This document shows, piece after piece, positions 1 through 10,178 of a stretch of 64,000 nucleotides of DNA; positions within the stretch are counted from its first letter, which is position 1; every line of letters begins with the position of its first letter. The DNA is from Candidatus Ryanbacteria bacterium RIFCSPLOWO2_12_FULL_44_26. Its GTDB lineage: Bacteria > Patescibacteriota > Minisyncoccia > Ryanbacterales > HO2-45-13. The stretch is taken from contig MHOA01000001.1 of assembly GCA_001821765.1 (NCBI GenBank), forward strand, positions 1,580-65,579, read 5' to 3'. The notes below the pieces were generated by a model. It did not search any database. It was not told where the DNA came from and was given only the letters and a program-made list of their open reading frames with translations. A program made the translations under genes and the position numbers.

Positions 1-2
1 CG

Positions 3-1277
3 CATTACAGTGAAGGATTTCAGACAGAGTTTTTCAAATTACTGCAAACGCTTGAGAATCCGGCGGTTCCCCGCGAGGAGCGCGATACCATAGTGGTAGA
101 TATGGTGAACCGGCTGATTCGATATGGCCATCAGAACAAAGCATCGGATATACACATTGAGCCGCTCGAAGATAACATAGGTGTGCGGATCAGGGTTGAC
201 GGTGTATTGCATGATGTGCTGACCATTCCAAAAAATCTGGGAGATCTGATCCTCTCTAGGATTAAAATATTAGCTAAGATGCGGACGGACGAACGCAGAG
301 CGGCGCAAGACGGAAGGTTTCGGTTTACAACAACACAGGAGACTGTTGATGTAAGAGTTTCGGTTGTTCCTATTACGCATGGTGAAAATGTCGTCATGAG
401 ACTTCTTTCGGCAAGGAACCGTCAATTCACAATCAGTGATTTGGGACTTTCTGAAAGCGATTTAAACAAGATAACACGCGCAATTGAACAGCCTCACGGC
501 ATGGTACTTGTGACAGGCCCCACCGGCAGCGGAAAAACAACGACTGTGTACGCTATTATGAAGATTATTAATAAAAGAAGTGTTCATATATCAACCATTG
601 AGGATCCTGTTGAATATGATATTGAGGGGATCAGCCAGATCCAGGTAAATCCGAAAACAAACCTTACCTTTGCAAGTGGGCTCCGGGCTATTGTGCGTCA
701 AGACCCCGATATTATTTTAGTTGGTGAAGTGCGAGATAAGGAAACAGCCGGTATTGCGATCAATTCTGCTATGACAGGACACCTCGTGCTTTCTACGCTT
801 CATGCCAATGATGCGGCAACGACGCTGCCCAGACTTTTGGATATGGACATTGAGCCGTTTTTAGTGGCTTCAACAGTAAATGTTGTTGTTGCACAGCGAT
901 TGGTAAGAAAAATTTGTGTTCGGTGCCGCGAATCGTATGCGTTAACACAGGAAGAAAAAAGAGCCATTCATGGCGAGCTGGCTGTTGAGACAGCTTTTAC
1001 AAAGAAGGGCATAAAGAAGCTTGATACACTGCGGCTGTATAGAGGAGCAGGATGCAAGGTATGCGGAAACACAGGGTATGCCGGACGTGTTGGCGTTTTT
1101 GAGGTTATGGAAATGAATAGCATGATTAAAAGTCTTATCATGACGCAATCATCAAGCGACACGATCCAACAAGCGGCGGTAAAAAGCGGCATGACAACAC
1201 TGCTTGAAGGCAGTATTGAAAAGATATTAAACGGCACCACAACACTTGAGGAAGTGTTAAGGGTAACAAAAGAGTGA
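3..1277 (+). CDS. pilB: Type IV pilus assembly ATPase PilB/GspE family (5' end outside window)
   Basis: ASDIHIEP, Walker A GPTGSGKTTT, Asp box TIEDPVEY, RQDPDIILVGEVRD, TGHLVLSTLH, CxxC...CxxC; frame open from base 3. Confidence 0.93.
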   Translation, partial: HYSEGFQTEFFKLLQTLENPAVPREERDTIVVDMVNRLIRYGHQNKASDIHIEPLEDNIGVRIRVDGVLHDVLTIPKNLGDLILSRIKILAKMRTDERRAAQDGRFRFTTTQETVDVRVSVVPITHGENVVMRLLSARNRQFTISDLGLSESDLNKITRAIEQPHGMVLVTGPTGSGKTTTVYAIMKIINKRSVHISTIEDPVEYDIEGISQIQVNPKTNLTFASGLRAIVRQDPDIILVGEVRDKETAGIAINSAMTGHLVLSTLHANDAATTLPRLLDMDIEPFLVASTVNVVVAQRLVRKICVRCRESYALTQEEKRAIHGELAVETAFTKKGIKKLDTLRLYRGAGCKVCGNTGYAGRVGVFEVMEMNSMIKSLIMTQSSSDTIQQAAVKSGMTTLLEGSIEKILNGTTTLEEVLRVTKE

Positions 1278-1278
1278 T

Positions 1279-1995
1279 ATGGCAAAGCATTCAAAACTAA
1301 AAGACAGAAAACATATTATTTCTGAAATTACCTCCATCATTTCTCATCAGTTAAAATCCCCTCTTTCCGGCATTAAGTCGTCTTTAGAGCTTATCCTTGC
1401 AGGTGAAGTGGGGCCTCTTGTAAAACAACAGCGCGAGTACTTAACCTTAACACTGAATCAGACGGAAAAGTTAATTACGTTAGTAAAGAATTTGCTTGAC
1501 GTCTCCCGAATTGATGAAAAGCGAATGGAGCTTACTATCAAATATGCCGATCTCGTCACGATAGTAACGAATGTCATAGACGAGCTTTTGCCATTGGCCC
1601 AGGCAAAAAACTCCGCAATTTCGTTTCGGGCGGGGGATCATATTCCCCACATTCATATCGATCCGATTAAAATCCACCAGGTTGTTTACAATATCATTGA
1701 TAACGCAATCCATTATAATAAAGGGAAGGGGTCAATTGATGTTCAGCTTGTCAAGAAGGGGAAGTATATTCTTTTTTCCTGCCGTGACCAAGGTATCGGC
1801 ATCTCCAAGAAAGAGGCTTCCAAAATTTTTACAAAGTATTTTCGCAGCAAACAGGTGATGGATATATTAACTGACGGGACGGGCCTGGGGTTATTTATCT
1901 CAAAAGCGATTATTAAAAAAAGCGGAGGAAATATATGGTTTGAGAGTAAATTAAACAAGGGGACGGTGTTTTATTTCACGCTACCGGTAAAGTAA
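1279..1995 (+). CDS. Soluble histidine kinase (HisKA + HATPase_c, no sensor domain)
   Basis: H-box SHQLKSPL, N-box NIIDNAIHY, G1 DQGIGI, G2 GTGLGLFI. Confidence 0.92.
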   Translation: MAKHSKLKDRKHIISEITSIISHQLKSPLSGIKSSLELILAGEVGPLVKQQREYLTLTLNQTEKLITLVKNLLDVSRIDEKRMELTIKYADLVTIVTNVIDELLPLAQAKNSAISFRAGDHIPHIHIDPIKIHQVVYNIIDNAIHYNKGKGSIDVQLVKKGKYILFSCRDQGIGISKKEASKIFTKYFRSKQVMDILTDGTGLGLFISKAIIKKSGGNIWFESKLNKGTVFYFTLPVK

Positions 1996-1999
1996 TCAT

Positions 2000-2401
2000 A
2001 TGATGGCAAATACAGCAAAAAAAATTCTCATCATTGAAGACGATAAGTTTTTAATGAAATTATACAGCGATAAATTAAGGAGAGAAGGATTTGATGTGGC
2101 TATGTCTATTACCGGTGAGGAGGGGCTTTTACGGGCCCCTTCTTATGAGCCGGATTTGATATTTTTAGATATTGTCCTGCCGCGTGAAAACGGATTTGAC
2201 GTATTAAGCAAGTTAAAATTAGATCCGGCAACGAAACACATCCCAGTGATTATTCTCACTAACTTAGGACGGGAAAAAGACGTCAAGACTGGCATAGAAC
2301 TCGGAGCTGCGGATTATTTGATAAAAACAGATTTTTCAATAACCAAACTTGGCGAGGTTGCAAGAAAACATCTTGTAAACAAGCAACGGCGAAAGACATG
2401 A
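2000..2401 (+). CDS. Single-domain response regulator (receiver)
   Basis: KILIIEDD, PDLIFLDIVLP (phospho-Asp), IILTN, ADYLIK. Confidence 0.92.
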   Translation: MMANTAKKILIIEDDKFLMKLYSDKLRREGFDVAMSITGEEGLLRAPSYEPDLIFLDIVLPRENGFDVLSKLKLDPATKHIPVIILTNLGREKDVKTGIELGAADYLIKTDFSITKLGEVARKHLVNKQRRKT

Positions 2402-3501
2402 CCGAGGAAAAAATACATAACAGCCGGCGGCAGCGTATCCTTCAATGGGACATTCCTATTGGCTCCGTGAGCCTTGAGCAAAAAGCACTTTTTGTAAAAC
2501 ATTTAGCAGTAATGATGAAATCCGGACTTACCATATCCGAGATATTGCATGTGGAAGAAGAAACAACAAGCGGGAGACTCAGGGGAGCGCTCCGAAAAGT
2601 AAGAAAATCAGTAGAGGCGGGGCATTCTCTTTCCGATGCTTTTAAACTGTTCCCAAAAATTTTTCCCCAGCTGCTTGTAAGCGCTGTATATACCGGCGAA
2701 TCTTCCGGCACGCTTTCAGACAATTTAGAACATGTTGCTTTGCAGCTGCAGAAGGAGAAAGAGTTGGTATCAAAAATTCGCGGAGCCATGCTGTATCCGG
2801 TAATCGTGCTTGCCGCGGCAGTTATTTTAGGGCTTGGGCTTGCGTTATTTGTGCTGCCAAAAATTACCACCATATTTAGCGGTTTGGATATAACACTACC
2901 TTTCACAACACGGATGCTTATCGCGTTTTCAAACTTTATGGAAAGCTATGGGTTGGAGTTTGTGGTTGCTTCGGTGGCGTTCGTTTTTTTTATCATATGG
3001 GTTTTGCGGTCGCGCATGATGCAGCCGATCACTCACTGGGTCCTGCTTCGGATGCCGGTTGTACAGCGTATCAGCAAAGGAGCGAACGCAGCGCGTTTCT
3101 GCAGGACGCTCGGAACATTGATCGGAAGCGGCGTTACGATTGAAGAATCGCTGGATATTATCGGAAAAACGATGAGTAATTATCATTACCGAAGATCCAT
3201 CGGCTCCGTCAATAAACGCGTGATCGGCGGAGCGCGGCTTTCGGTGAGTTTGGAGGATTTTCCCGGGCTTTATCCGAGGATTATTGTCAGCATGATACGC
3301 GTAGGAGAAGAATCGGGAAGACTTGATGAAGTGTGTTCATATCTCGGAGAGTTTTTTGAAGAAGAAGTGGATGCCGCGACGAAATCGCTTTCAGCAGTCA
3401 TAGAGCCCGTGCTTCTTATTATCATCGGCCTCGTTGTCGGGTTTCTCGCACTTTCCGTGATAACGCCAATCTATGAGATTACGGGAAGCATTGGGCGTTA
3501 A
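2398..3501 (+). CDS. pilC: Type IV pilus platform protein PilC/GspF
   Basis: Two T2SSF repeats (GESSGTL, GEESGRL), AMLYP, EPVLLIIIG..V..LA.SVITPIY. Confidence 0.93.
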   Translation: MTEEKIHNSRRQRILQWDIPIGSVSLEQKALFVKHLAVMMKSGLTISEILHVEEETTSGRLRGALRKVRKSVEAGHSLSDAFKLFPKIFPQLLVSAVYTGESSGTLSDNLEHVALQLQKEKELVSKIRGAMLYPVIVLAAAVILGLGLALFVLPKITTIFSGLDITLPFTTRMLIAFSNFMESYGLEFVVASVAFVFFIIWVLRSRMMQPITHWVLLRMPVVQRISKGANAARFCRTLGTLIGSGVTIEESLDIIGKTMSNYHYRRSIGSVNKRVIGGARLSVSLEDFPGLYPRIIVSMIRVGEESGRLDEVCSYLGEFFEEEVDAATKSLSAVIEPVLLIIIGLVVGFLALSVITPIYEITGSIGR

Positions 3502-3534
3502 GTGATAGTACGCCTTCCGCACATTTTTTGACTT

Positions 3535-3975
3535 ATGAGTAAAGGATTTTCCCTTTCAGAATTAATTATTGTCATAGGTATCTTGCTTATTGTCGGCGTG
3601 ACGGTGATCCCGGTTTATTCCAATATATTCGTCCTAAGTCAGCTTGACGAAAGCGCTGTTGCGGTATTGCAGGCATTACGCACCGCAAAAACGTATGCTA
3701 TATACAGAAAAAACAACGCCGCGTACGGAGTAAAATTTATCTCGCCTACCCTTACAATGTATCAGGGATTGTCATATCTAAGTAGAGATTCAACCAAGGA
3801 CCGCGTGATAGAGCTCGAGGATGTTATAGCGGTTACCACCACGTTCGCGGATGACGACGTGCATTTTGAAACGACCTCCGGGATGACGAGCGGCGGGATT
3901 ATCACCCTCCTGCATCAATCCGGCGCTTCACAAACGATTTCCGTAAGCGCGCAGGGTATCGCGCAAATTGAATAA
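3535..3975 (+). CDS. Minor pilin (FimT/GspH-like)
   Basis: Class III signal G|FSLSELIIV; QALRTAKTYA helix. Confidence 0.8.
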   Translation: MSKGFSLSELIIVIGILLIVGVTVIPVYSNIFVLSQLDESAVAVLQALRTAKTYAIYRKNNAAYGVKFISPTLTMYQGLSYLSRDSTKDRVIELEDVIAVTTTFADDDVHFETTSGMTSGGIITLLHQSGASQTISVSAQGIAQIE

Positions 3976-4006
3976 CCGATAGGCGGTAGCCGGCGAGTGC
4001 GTAAAC

Positions 4007-7003
4007 ATGTGGAAGTATACGTCGGACAAAGGACAGAGTTTGCTGGAAGTGATTGTTGCCATGGCGATTTTTTCTATGATCGCGGTAGTGATGGTTTCCA
4101 TGGCAAGTGGAAGTTTTGTTTCTCTTATAAAAAGCAGAGAACATACTGAAGCGGCGGCGTTGGCGCAAGAAGGCATGGAGGCTGTCCGTTCCATCCGGGA
4201 TGGCGCGTGGAATGAATTGGAGTTTGATCAAAGCGGCGTTTCCGCAAACAGTGGGGAGTGGGCATTTATGGGCGAGGGAAGTGCTGAAACCATCGGGCAA
4301 TATACACGCACTATAACCTTTGACGATGTTTGCCGCGATGGAGTGGGGAATGTGGAAGATCCTTGCGCTGGTTCGCCTCCGGATGTGCACAGCAAAAAAG
4401 TGACGGCGCGTGTGGATTGGACAACCGGTTCAGACATTCCCAACACGGTAAAACGCACCGCATATATTACCAACTGGGATTCTCGTGACTGGACGCAGAC
4501 CGACTGGTCGGGCGGAGCAGGGCAGGCAATTTGGTCTGATCCGAGCAGGTTTGACAGCAGTGTAAACATTGATGTCAGCACTTTTGGAGAAGTGCAATTG
4601 ACAGAGGTGGAAAGCACATGGGTAAAAGGCGGAGGAGAAGAGGCGCTTGACGACACAGATGCTGATTTCGGCGCAGGTGTTTTGAACGACACGGTTATCG
4701 TAGGTAGCGGCGTTCCGGCAAGCGTTGTGCTTGATCAGGAGCTTGCTTGGTCGGGACATGCGGACAGCGGATCGGTTACCACGCGATCACTCCATGATTT
4801 ATACGCGCTTTCCGCGACAGATATTTGGGCTGTTGGCGATGCCGGAACGGTACTGCATTACGCGGGTTCGGGATGGGTTGTTGTTTCTTCGCCCACGACA
4901 GCGGCATTACATAGTATTTTTATGATATCGCCGTCAAACGGCTGGGCGGTGGGGGATAATGGGACGATCATCCGCTGGAATGGTGTAAACTGGTCATCGG
5001 TTGTGTCTCCGGTCAGTACCCATCTCTATAGCATCTTTATGGTTTCGGCAAACGATGGCTGGGCTGTTGGGAGAACTGGAAAGATTTTGCGTTGGAACGG
5101 TGTTTCTTGGAGCGAGTCTAGAGATACCGGAAGCCATACATGGAATGCTCTCTCCATGATTTCTTCCAATAACGGATGGCTTGCGGGAACAAGCGGCAAG
5201 ATCTATCGCTATAACGGTGTGGATTGGACAGAGTTTCAGGATACCGGCAATCAAACATGGAACTCTCTCTTTATGGTTTCGTTTACTAACGGCTGGGTTA
5301 TTGGGAATGGGGGAAATATCAGGCGTTTTAACGGTATTAGATGGGTGAGCGTATCTTCTCCTGTGGGGACGAATCTCCAGAGCGTTTTTATGGTCAATGC
5401 GAATGATGGTTGGGCGGTTGGAAATGCCGGTGAAATTCTTCGGTGGGATGGCATCTCTTGGCAACGATTCCATAATGTCGGATCCATCCAATTAAATTCA
5501 GTGTTTATGGCCTCGGCGTTTGAGGGATGGACTGTTGGCGCCGGAGGTACTATATTCCGCTACAAAGGATCAGGCACCTTTCATTCAAGAATTTTTGATA
5601 GCGGTGATGCCGGCACTGTCTGGAATGCGGTTTATTGGACAGAATCCTTACCCGTCGGATCCGATATCACCATTGCGACAAGGACCGGAAATACCCCTAT
5701 ACCAGACGGAACATGGTCGGCATTTAGCGGTGAACTTACTGACAGCGTTGTTTCCGATATTACTTCTCCAAACGGGCGCTACATTCAATACAGAGCTACT
5801 TTCACGCGCGGTACTGCGGGCGGCGAAACGCCGCAGCTCGCCGATATTACCATCGTGTACAATGCTCCGACGTCAAGGAATTTAAATGATATTTATCTAA
5901 TTTCTCAAAATGATGTTTGGGCAGTTGGAGATAACGGAACAATTATCCATTATGGAGGATCTGTATGGCTTCCTGTTGTTTCTCCCACGTCCCAGAATTT
6001 GCGCGGCGTGTTTTTTGTTGATCCAGGTGAAGGATGGGCGGTTGGTGATAACGGCACCATTATTCATTATGAAAGCGGTTCGTGGTTTTCTGTTCCTTCG
6101 CCAACAGCAAGAGATTTGCACGATATATATATGGTAAACGCTAGTGATGGATGGATTGTCGGGAATGTTGGTGAAATGCTCCGATGGAACGGTTCGCAGT
6201 GGTTGTCAGTTTCATCACCGACCACGAGCCGGCTATTAAGTGTTTATATGCTTTCAGCAAGTGAAGGATGGGCAGCGGGAGAAAATGGCGGGATTCTTTT
6301 CTGGAACGGTGTAAGCTGGATTGTGTTTCAAGGTACCGGAAGCCATATATGGGAATCTCTCTACACGGTTTCTTCCAGTGACGGCTGGCTGGTCGGTTCG
6401 GGCGGATGGATCTATCGTTTTAACGGTTCGGCATGGACAGCATTTGATAACAAAATAGTTTCTCCGCTCAATGCTGTTTTTATGACAGCGGCAGATCGCG
6501 GTTGGATTGTCGGAGCTGGCGGAAATATATTTAGATGGAATGGCGCTTTATGGGAAAGCGAATTATCTTCTACAGACAGGATATTAAACGCCGTCTCAAT
6601 GTTTTCTGCTGTAGAGGGATGGGCGGTAGGGGACAGAGGAACGATACTCCATTATACAAGAAACAGCACCTACGCCCCATTTGGCGTTCTTGTCTCGTCC
6701 GCGTTCCCTCTTGGCGATCCCTCTCCTCTACAGGTGATAGAATGGGACGAATCGGTGCCATTATGTTCACCATCCTGCGGGATGCTTTTTCAGATAAGAG
6801 CAGCTCCTGATAACGCCGGTACTCCGGGATTGTGGACAGCATGGTATGGTGTGACCGGTCCCGCGACGGTTTTTATAGAAACTAATGGTTCGCTTATTCC
6901 CAAAGAACTGAATGGTAATGAGTGGGCGCAATACAGGACGATACTGATCGGTGATGGATTAAACACTCCGATACTTTATGAGGTAAGAGTACATTACAAG
7001 TAA
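4007..7003 (+). CDS. Giant minor pilin/adhesin with two 7-repeat beta-propellers
   Basis: G|QSLLEVIVA prepilin motif; 14 repeats of about 39 aa, L.S.FM.S..DGWAVG..G.I.RWNG..W. Confidence 0.85.
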   Translation: MWKYTSDKGQSLLEVIVAMAIFSMIAVVMVSMASGSFVSLIKSREHTEAAALAQEGMEAVRSIRDGAWNELEFDQSGVSANSGEWAFMGEGSAETIGQYTRTITFDDVCRDGVGNVEDPCAGSPPDVHSKKVTARVDWTTGSDIPNTVKRTAYITNWDSRDWTQTDWSGGAGQAIWSDPSRFDSSVNIDVSTFGEVQLTEVESTWVKGGGEEALDDTDADFGAGVLNDTVIVGSGVPASVVLDQELAWSGHADSGSVTTRSLHDLYALSATDIWAVGDAGTVLHYAGSGWVVVSSPTTAALHSIFMISPSNGWAVGDNGTIIRWNGVNWSSVVSPVSTHLYSIFMVSANDGWAVGRTGKILRWNGVSWSESRDTGSHTWNALSMISSNNGWLAGTSGKIYRYNGVDWTEFQDTGNQTWNSLFMVSFTNGWVIGNGGNIRRFNGIRWVSVSSPVGTNLQSVFMVNANDGWAVGNAGEILRWDGISWQRFHNVGSIQLNSVFMASAFEGWTVGAGGTIFRYKGSGTFHSRIFDSGDAGTVWNAVYWTESLPVGSDITIATRTGNTPIPDGTWSAFSGELTDSVVSDITSPNGRYIQYRATFTRGTAGGETPQLADITIVYNAPTSRNLNDIYLISQNDVWAVGDNGTIIHYGGSVWLPVVSPTSQNLRGVFFVDPGEGWAVGDNGTIIHYESGSWFSVPSPTARDLHDIYMVNASDGWIVGNVGEMLRWNGSQWLSVSSPTTSRLLSVYMLSASEGWAAGENGGILFWNGVSWIVFQGTGSHIWESLYTVSSSDGWLVGSGGWIYRFNGSAWTAFDNKIVSPLNAVFMTAADRGWIVGAGGNIFRWNGALWESELSSTDRILNAVSMFSAVEGWAVGDRGTILHYTRNSTYAPFGVLVSSAFPLGDPSPLQVIEWDESVPLCSPSCGMLFQIRAAPDNAGTPGLWTAWYGVTGPATVFIETNGSLIPKELNGNEWAQYRTILIGDGLNTPILYEVRVHYK

Positions 7004-7007
7004 CTCC

Positions 7008-7586
7008 ATGATGAGTTTTAAGATGCCGCTTCAAGGAGTCAAAGGTGAAAGGTTCCCATTCTTGCCGGGCGAAGCGGTACGGGAAAAAATCAAAAATCAG
7101 CATGGCTTTACGCTGATTGAGATGATTATATACATCGCCATCATTGGCTTGGTGGTGAGCGGTTTTCTGTTTTTTAGTGTCAGTATCGGATCTTCCGGCG
7201 CAAAGACGCGGGTGGCGTCTGAAGTGCAGGAGAATGTCCGCACGGCCCTTGAGTTGATGGGCAAAAAGATACGTGCCGCCGAGAGTGTCGTTCAACCCGC
7301 GAAGGGAGCCTCCGGTTCATTGTTGGAGCTCAATATGCCTCCGGGAGTTCCCGATGTTGTCGTTCAGGTGGTGAACGGGGTGCTGTTGCTGGATGATACG
7401 GTAGATCAAATTGCTGTTACTACCGATGAGGTGCGCGTGGAAGATTTGCAATTTGTGAATATAGGAAAGAGTGGTGAACGCGATAGTATTCGTATTTTTA
7501 TAACCATTGCGTTTAACAATACTGGAAACGATGTGTTGCATACATTCTCACAGAGTGTTGAAACGGCAGTTGGTATTCGCAGATAA
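7008..7586 (+). CDS. Minor pilin (PilW/GspJ-like)
   Basis: G|FTLIEMIIYIAII motif; true start may lie downstream of 7008. Confidence 0.8.
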   Translation: MMSFKMPLQGVKGERFPFLPGEAVREKIKNQHGFTLIEMIIYIAIIGLVVSGFLFFSVSIGSSGAKTRVASEVQENVRTALELMGKKIRAAESVVQPAKGASGSLLELNMPPGVPDVVVQVVNGVLLLDDTVDQIAVTTDEVRVEDLQFVNIGKSGERDSIRIFITIAFNNTGNDVLHTFSQSVETAVGIRR

Positions 7587-7587
7587 T

Positions 7588-8013
7588 ATGAACCCAAAAA
7601 AGATAAAAAGAAAAAATAGGAAAGAGGGTATAGCGGCTCTTCTCGTCGTTGTGGTGGTAAGCGCTGTTGTGCTGACTATGGCTTTTGGGGCCGCTATGAC
7701 CGGTATTGGCGAGCTCGATATGGGTTTTACCGTCAGTAAGGGAATGACAGCGTTTGCTTTTGCTGACGGTTGCATGGAAGAGGCGCTTCGAAGATTACGG
7801 ATTGACAAGAGTTGGCCATCGGCGTTGCTCTCCGTTGATGGCGGATCGTGTATAATGTTTAATGTTGACAATGCTGATATAAACCCGCCTAATGACAGAA
7901 GGACGATTTTGGTTGTTGGCAGTGACGGCACGTATTTTTCTTTCATAGAGGCGGTGGTTGACGTTTTAGATATCGGCAACGTGGTTACGATACAGACGTG
8001 GAAGGAAATATAA
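7588..8013 (+). CDS. Minor pilin (PilX/GspK-like)
   Basis: Basic leader then G|IAALLVVVVV without Glu5; A...ADGC.EEAL.RL motif; ATG at 7588. Confidence 0.75.
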   Translation: MNPKKIKRKNRKEGIAALLVVVVVSAVVLTMAFGAAMTGIGELDMGFTVSKGMTAFAFADGCMEEALRRLRIDKSWPSALLSVDGGSCIMFNVDNADINPPNDRRTILVVGSDGTYFSFIEAVVDVLDIGNVVTIQTWKEI

Positions 8014-8038
8014 ACATATTTTTCATCCGTGTTTCATT

Positions 8039-10048
8039 ATGTTTGTTTTTAGTAAGTCCTCGGTTGGAGTAGACATCGCCGACGGCAGCATCGAGGTGGT
8101 AGAGCTTTCAAGGCATCTCGGTCGCTTTTTGGTAAGTCGAAGAAACCGCGTGACGCTTCCTGCCGGTATCGTTGAGCGCGGAAGAATTGTGAAAAAGGTG
8201 GAGCTGGCGGGAGCGGTTCATGAAGCATTTCAAACGGCCAGCCCTTCGCCAATCACCAAAAAAGACATCATTTTCGGACTTCCGGAAGGCCATGTATACA
8301 CGCATGTTTTTAGATTTCCCTTGCCGCTTTCTAAAATAACCCGCGCTGTTGTTGTAAAAGAGACTCGTTGTTCAATTCCTCTTTCGGAAGATGATGTTGT
8401 TTTTGACTATATCATTCGCCGGTCAACGCCAGCAGAAACAGAAATACTCATCGTTGCATCGAGCAGGGCATTTATGACTGAGTGGAATCATTTTTTTGCT
8501 GAAAACGGTTTTACTGTCAAAACGTTTGACATCGAAACACTGGCAACGTTTCGCGGACTTTTCAAAGGGAATCCCGCTTCCCCTGTTTGTGTTGTTGATA
8601 TGGGGGCGGCAACATCCCTGATTGCTGTTTTTGACGCATCCGGCCTTATCTATGCGCACGCTGTTCCCATTGCCGGCAACGCAATAACTGACCAGATCGC
8701 AGCGTCTCTGAAGCTTTCTATCAAAGAGGCGGAGAAACAAAAAAAGGAAAAAGGATTAAGCGACAGCAAATCAAAGCTGTTTCTTGTTATAGTGAAAGCG
8801 CTTGAGCCGTTGCTTCAAAAGATAAAAATCTCTTTAGGATATATTGAGGGAAAAACCGGAAAGCCTGTTGCCCGCGTGATTTTCGTGGGTATGTCTTCAA
8901 AGATGAAGGGACTCTTGGATTATTTCGGGTCTAATCTTGAAGTATCTGTTGAAGAAGCTCCTTCCAGCATCGGCGGCAGTCATGTAGGAGCTTATATTGA
9001 AGCTCTGGGACTTGCGCTACGGGCATGGAAAGATACGGATCCAAAACTCACGTTGCCGGAGGTCCAGCGAACATCCATCATTGCTGCCACAAAAAAGTCT
9101 TTCGTCAACAAATTCTTTTCATTCAAAAGACCGGTTGCTCCCCAAAAACCTCCTACGCACATCGCTGAAGATATCAGGTTTCTAGAGCGCAAAAAAGATC
9201 CAATCCAGACCCAGCACAAAGGACTTTTTTGGTTATTAATAGTACTTGTTGTTTTTGTTATCGCTGGGGGCGGGCTGTGGTGGTTTTTAAACCGCCAACA
9301 GGCGCCGTCTCCTGTTGCAAGCGTAAAGACGGATATTCCGAATTTGAACATTCAGTTATTTTCCCTTACATTTCCTGTTGCAATCCATGAAAGTGAATAT
9401 GGCGAAGGACGTGTCAGCGGACGTGTTTTGAAAGAAATATACAGCACCATTGAAGATTATGCTGAAGCAGTTGCGCGTTCATGGAGTGTTGTTCGCGAAG
9501 AGCTCCAGCCCGGAGAAGCGCTCTTTTTTGAACCTATCAATAAACTGAACGAGAGCGCGGGGTCTATATCTCCATTCACATTGGAATGGCTGGCGTATTC
9601 TTTAGATGAATTGGATACTTTGATTCGTAAGGAAGTAGACAGGACAAACGAACTCCATATTCCATATGAGGTCGGACCAGTACATGGCATACGCGCATAT
9701 AAAACGGAAAACCCAGGTATTGTTATATTCGAGGTTTCAGTAACGCTTACACTGAATGAGTTAATTGCGGGTTTAGGCGAGAAAATAGAGGTTTATGGGG
9801 GTATAGCGGAAACAAAAAACGAACAAGCGCTGGATAACGAAGAGAAACAGTTTGTGCTCATAAAAAAAACAGAGATGGGATGGTTGAATGCGAGAACAGG
9901 TCCCGCAACGACCTACACAATTTTGAAAAAAGTGTATCCGGGTGAGCGTTATCCGTTGCTTGAAGAAAGACAAGACTGGGTTCGCATTGAGGTTGCTGAA
10001 GGGCAGGATGCATGGGTTGCCGTAAGATACATTGAGTTGTTGGAATGA
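8039..10048 (+). CDS. pilM: PilM actin-like domain fused to a TM segment, an extracytoplasmic region and a C-terminal SH3b domain
   Basis: VGVDIADGSIEVVE, VVDMGAATS, ALGLALR; TM LFWLLIVLVVFVIAGGGLWW; WLNARTGPATTY.ILKKV.PGE.YPLLEE.QDWVRI. Confidence 0.85.
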   Translation: MFVFSKSSVGVDIADGSIEVVELSRHLGRFLVSRRNRVTLPAGIVERGRIVKKVELAGAVHEAFQTASPSPITKKDIIFGLPEGHVYTHVFRFPLPLSKITRAVVVKETRCSIPLSEDDVVFDYIIRRSTPAETEILIVASSRAFMTEWNHFFAENGFTVKTFDIETLATFRGLFKGNPASPVCVVDMGAATSLIAVFDASGLIYAHAVPIAGNAITDQIAASLKLSIKEAEKQKKEKGLSDSKSKLFLVIVKALEPLLQKIKISLGYIEGKTGKPVARVIFVGMSSKMKGLLDYFGSNLEVSVEEAPSSIGGSHVGAYIEALGLALRAWKDTDPKLTLPEVQRTSIIAATKKSFVNKFFSFKRPVAPQKPPTHIAEDIRFLERKKDPIQTQHKGLFWLLIVLVVFVIAGGGLWWFLNRQQAPSPVASVKTDIPNLNIQLFSLTFPVAIHESEYGEGRVSGRVLKEIYSTIEDYAEAVARSWSVVREELQPGEALFFEPINKLNESAGSISPFTLEWLAYSLDELDTLIRKEVDRTNELHIPYEVGPVHGIRAYKTENPGIVIFEVSVTLTLNELIAGLGEKIEVYGGIAETKNEQALDNEEKQFVLIKKTEMGWLNARTGPATTYTILKKVYPGERYPLLEERQDWVRIEVAEGQDAWVAVRYIELLE

Positions 10049-10178
10049 CTGACATGCATCGCGAGCGAAGAAGTCATCTGTGGATAACTTTTTCCTATTC
10101 AGAAAGGGCACTCTCACTTATAATGTAGATAAAGTATTGACGTCGAATTTTTAGCTCTTGAATTTGTTTGTAGTTCTT

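Noticed and set aside
4760-6660. Periodic DNA repeats resembling a CRISPR array
   Set aside because: They are degenerate 117-bp in-frame coding repeats of the propeller blades; there are no identical repeats with unique spacers and no cas genes.
10078-10090. Isolated DnaA boxes (TGTGGATAA here, TTATCCACC at about 10882) as oriC
   Set aside because: Single scattered boxes with no cluster and no dnaA/dnaN nearby.
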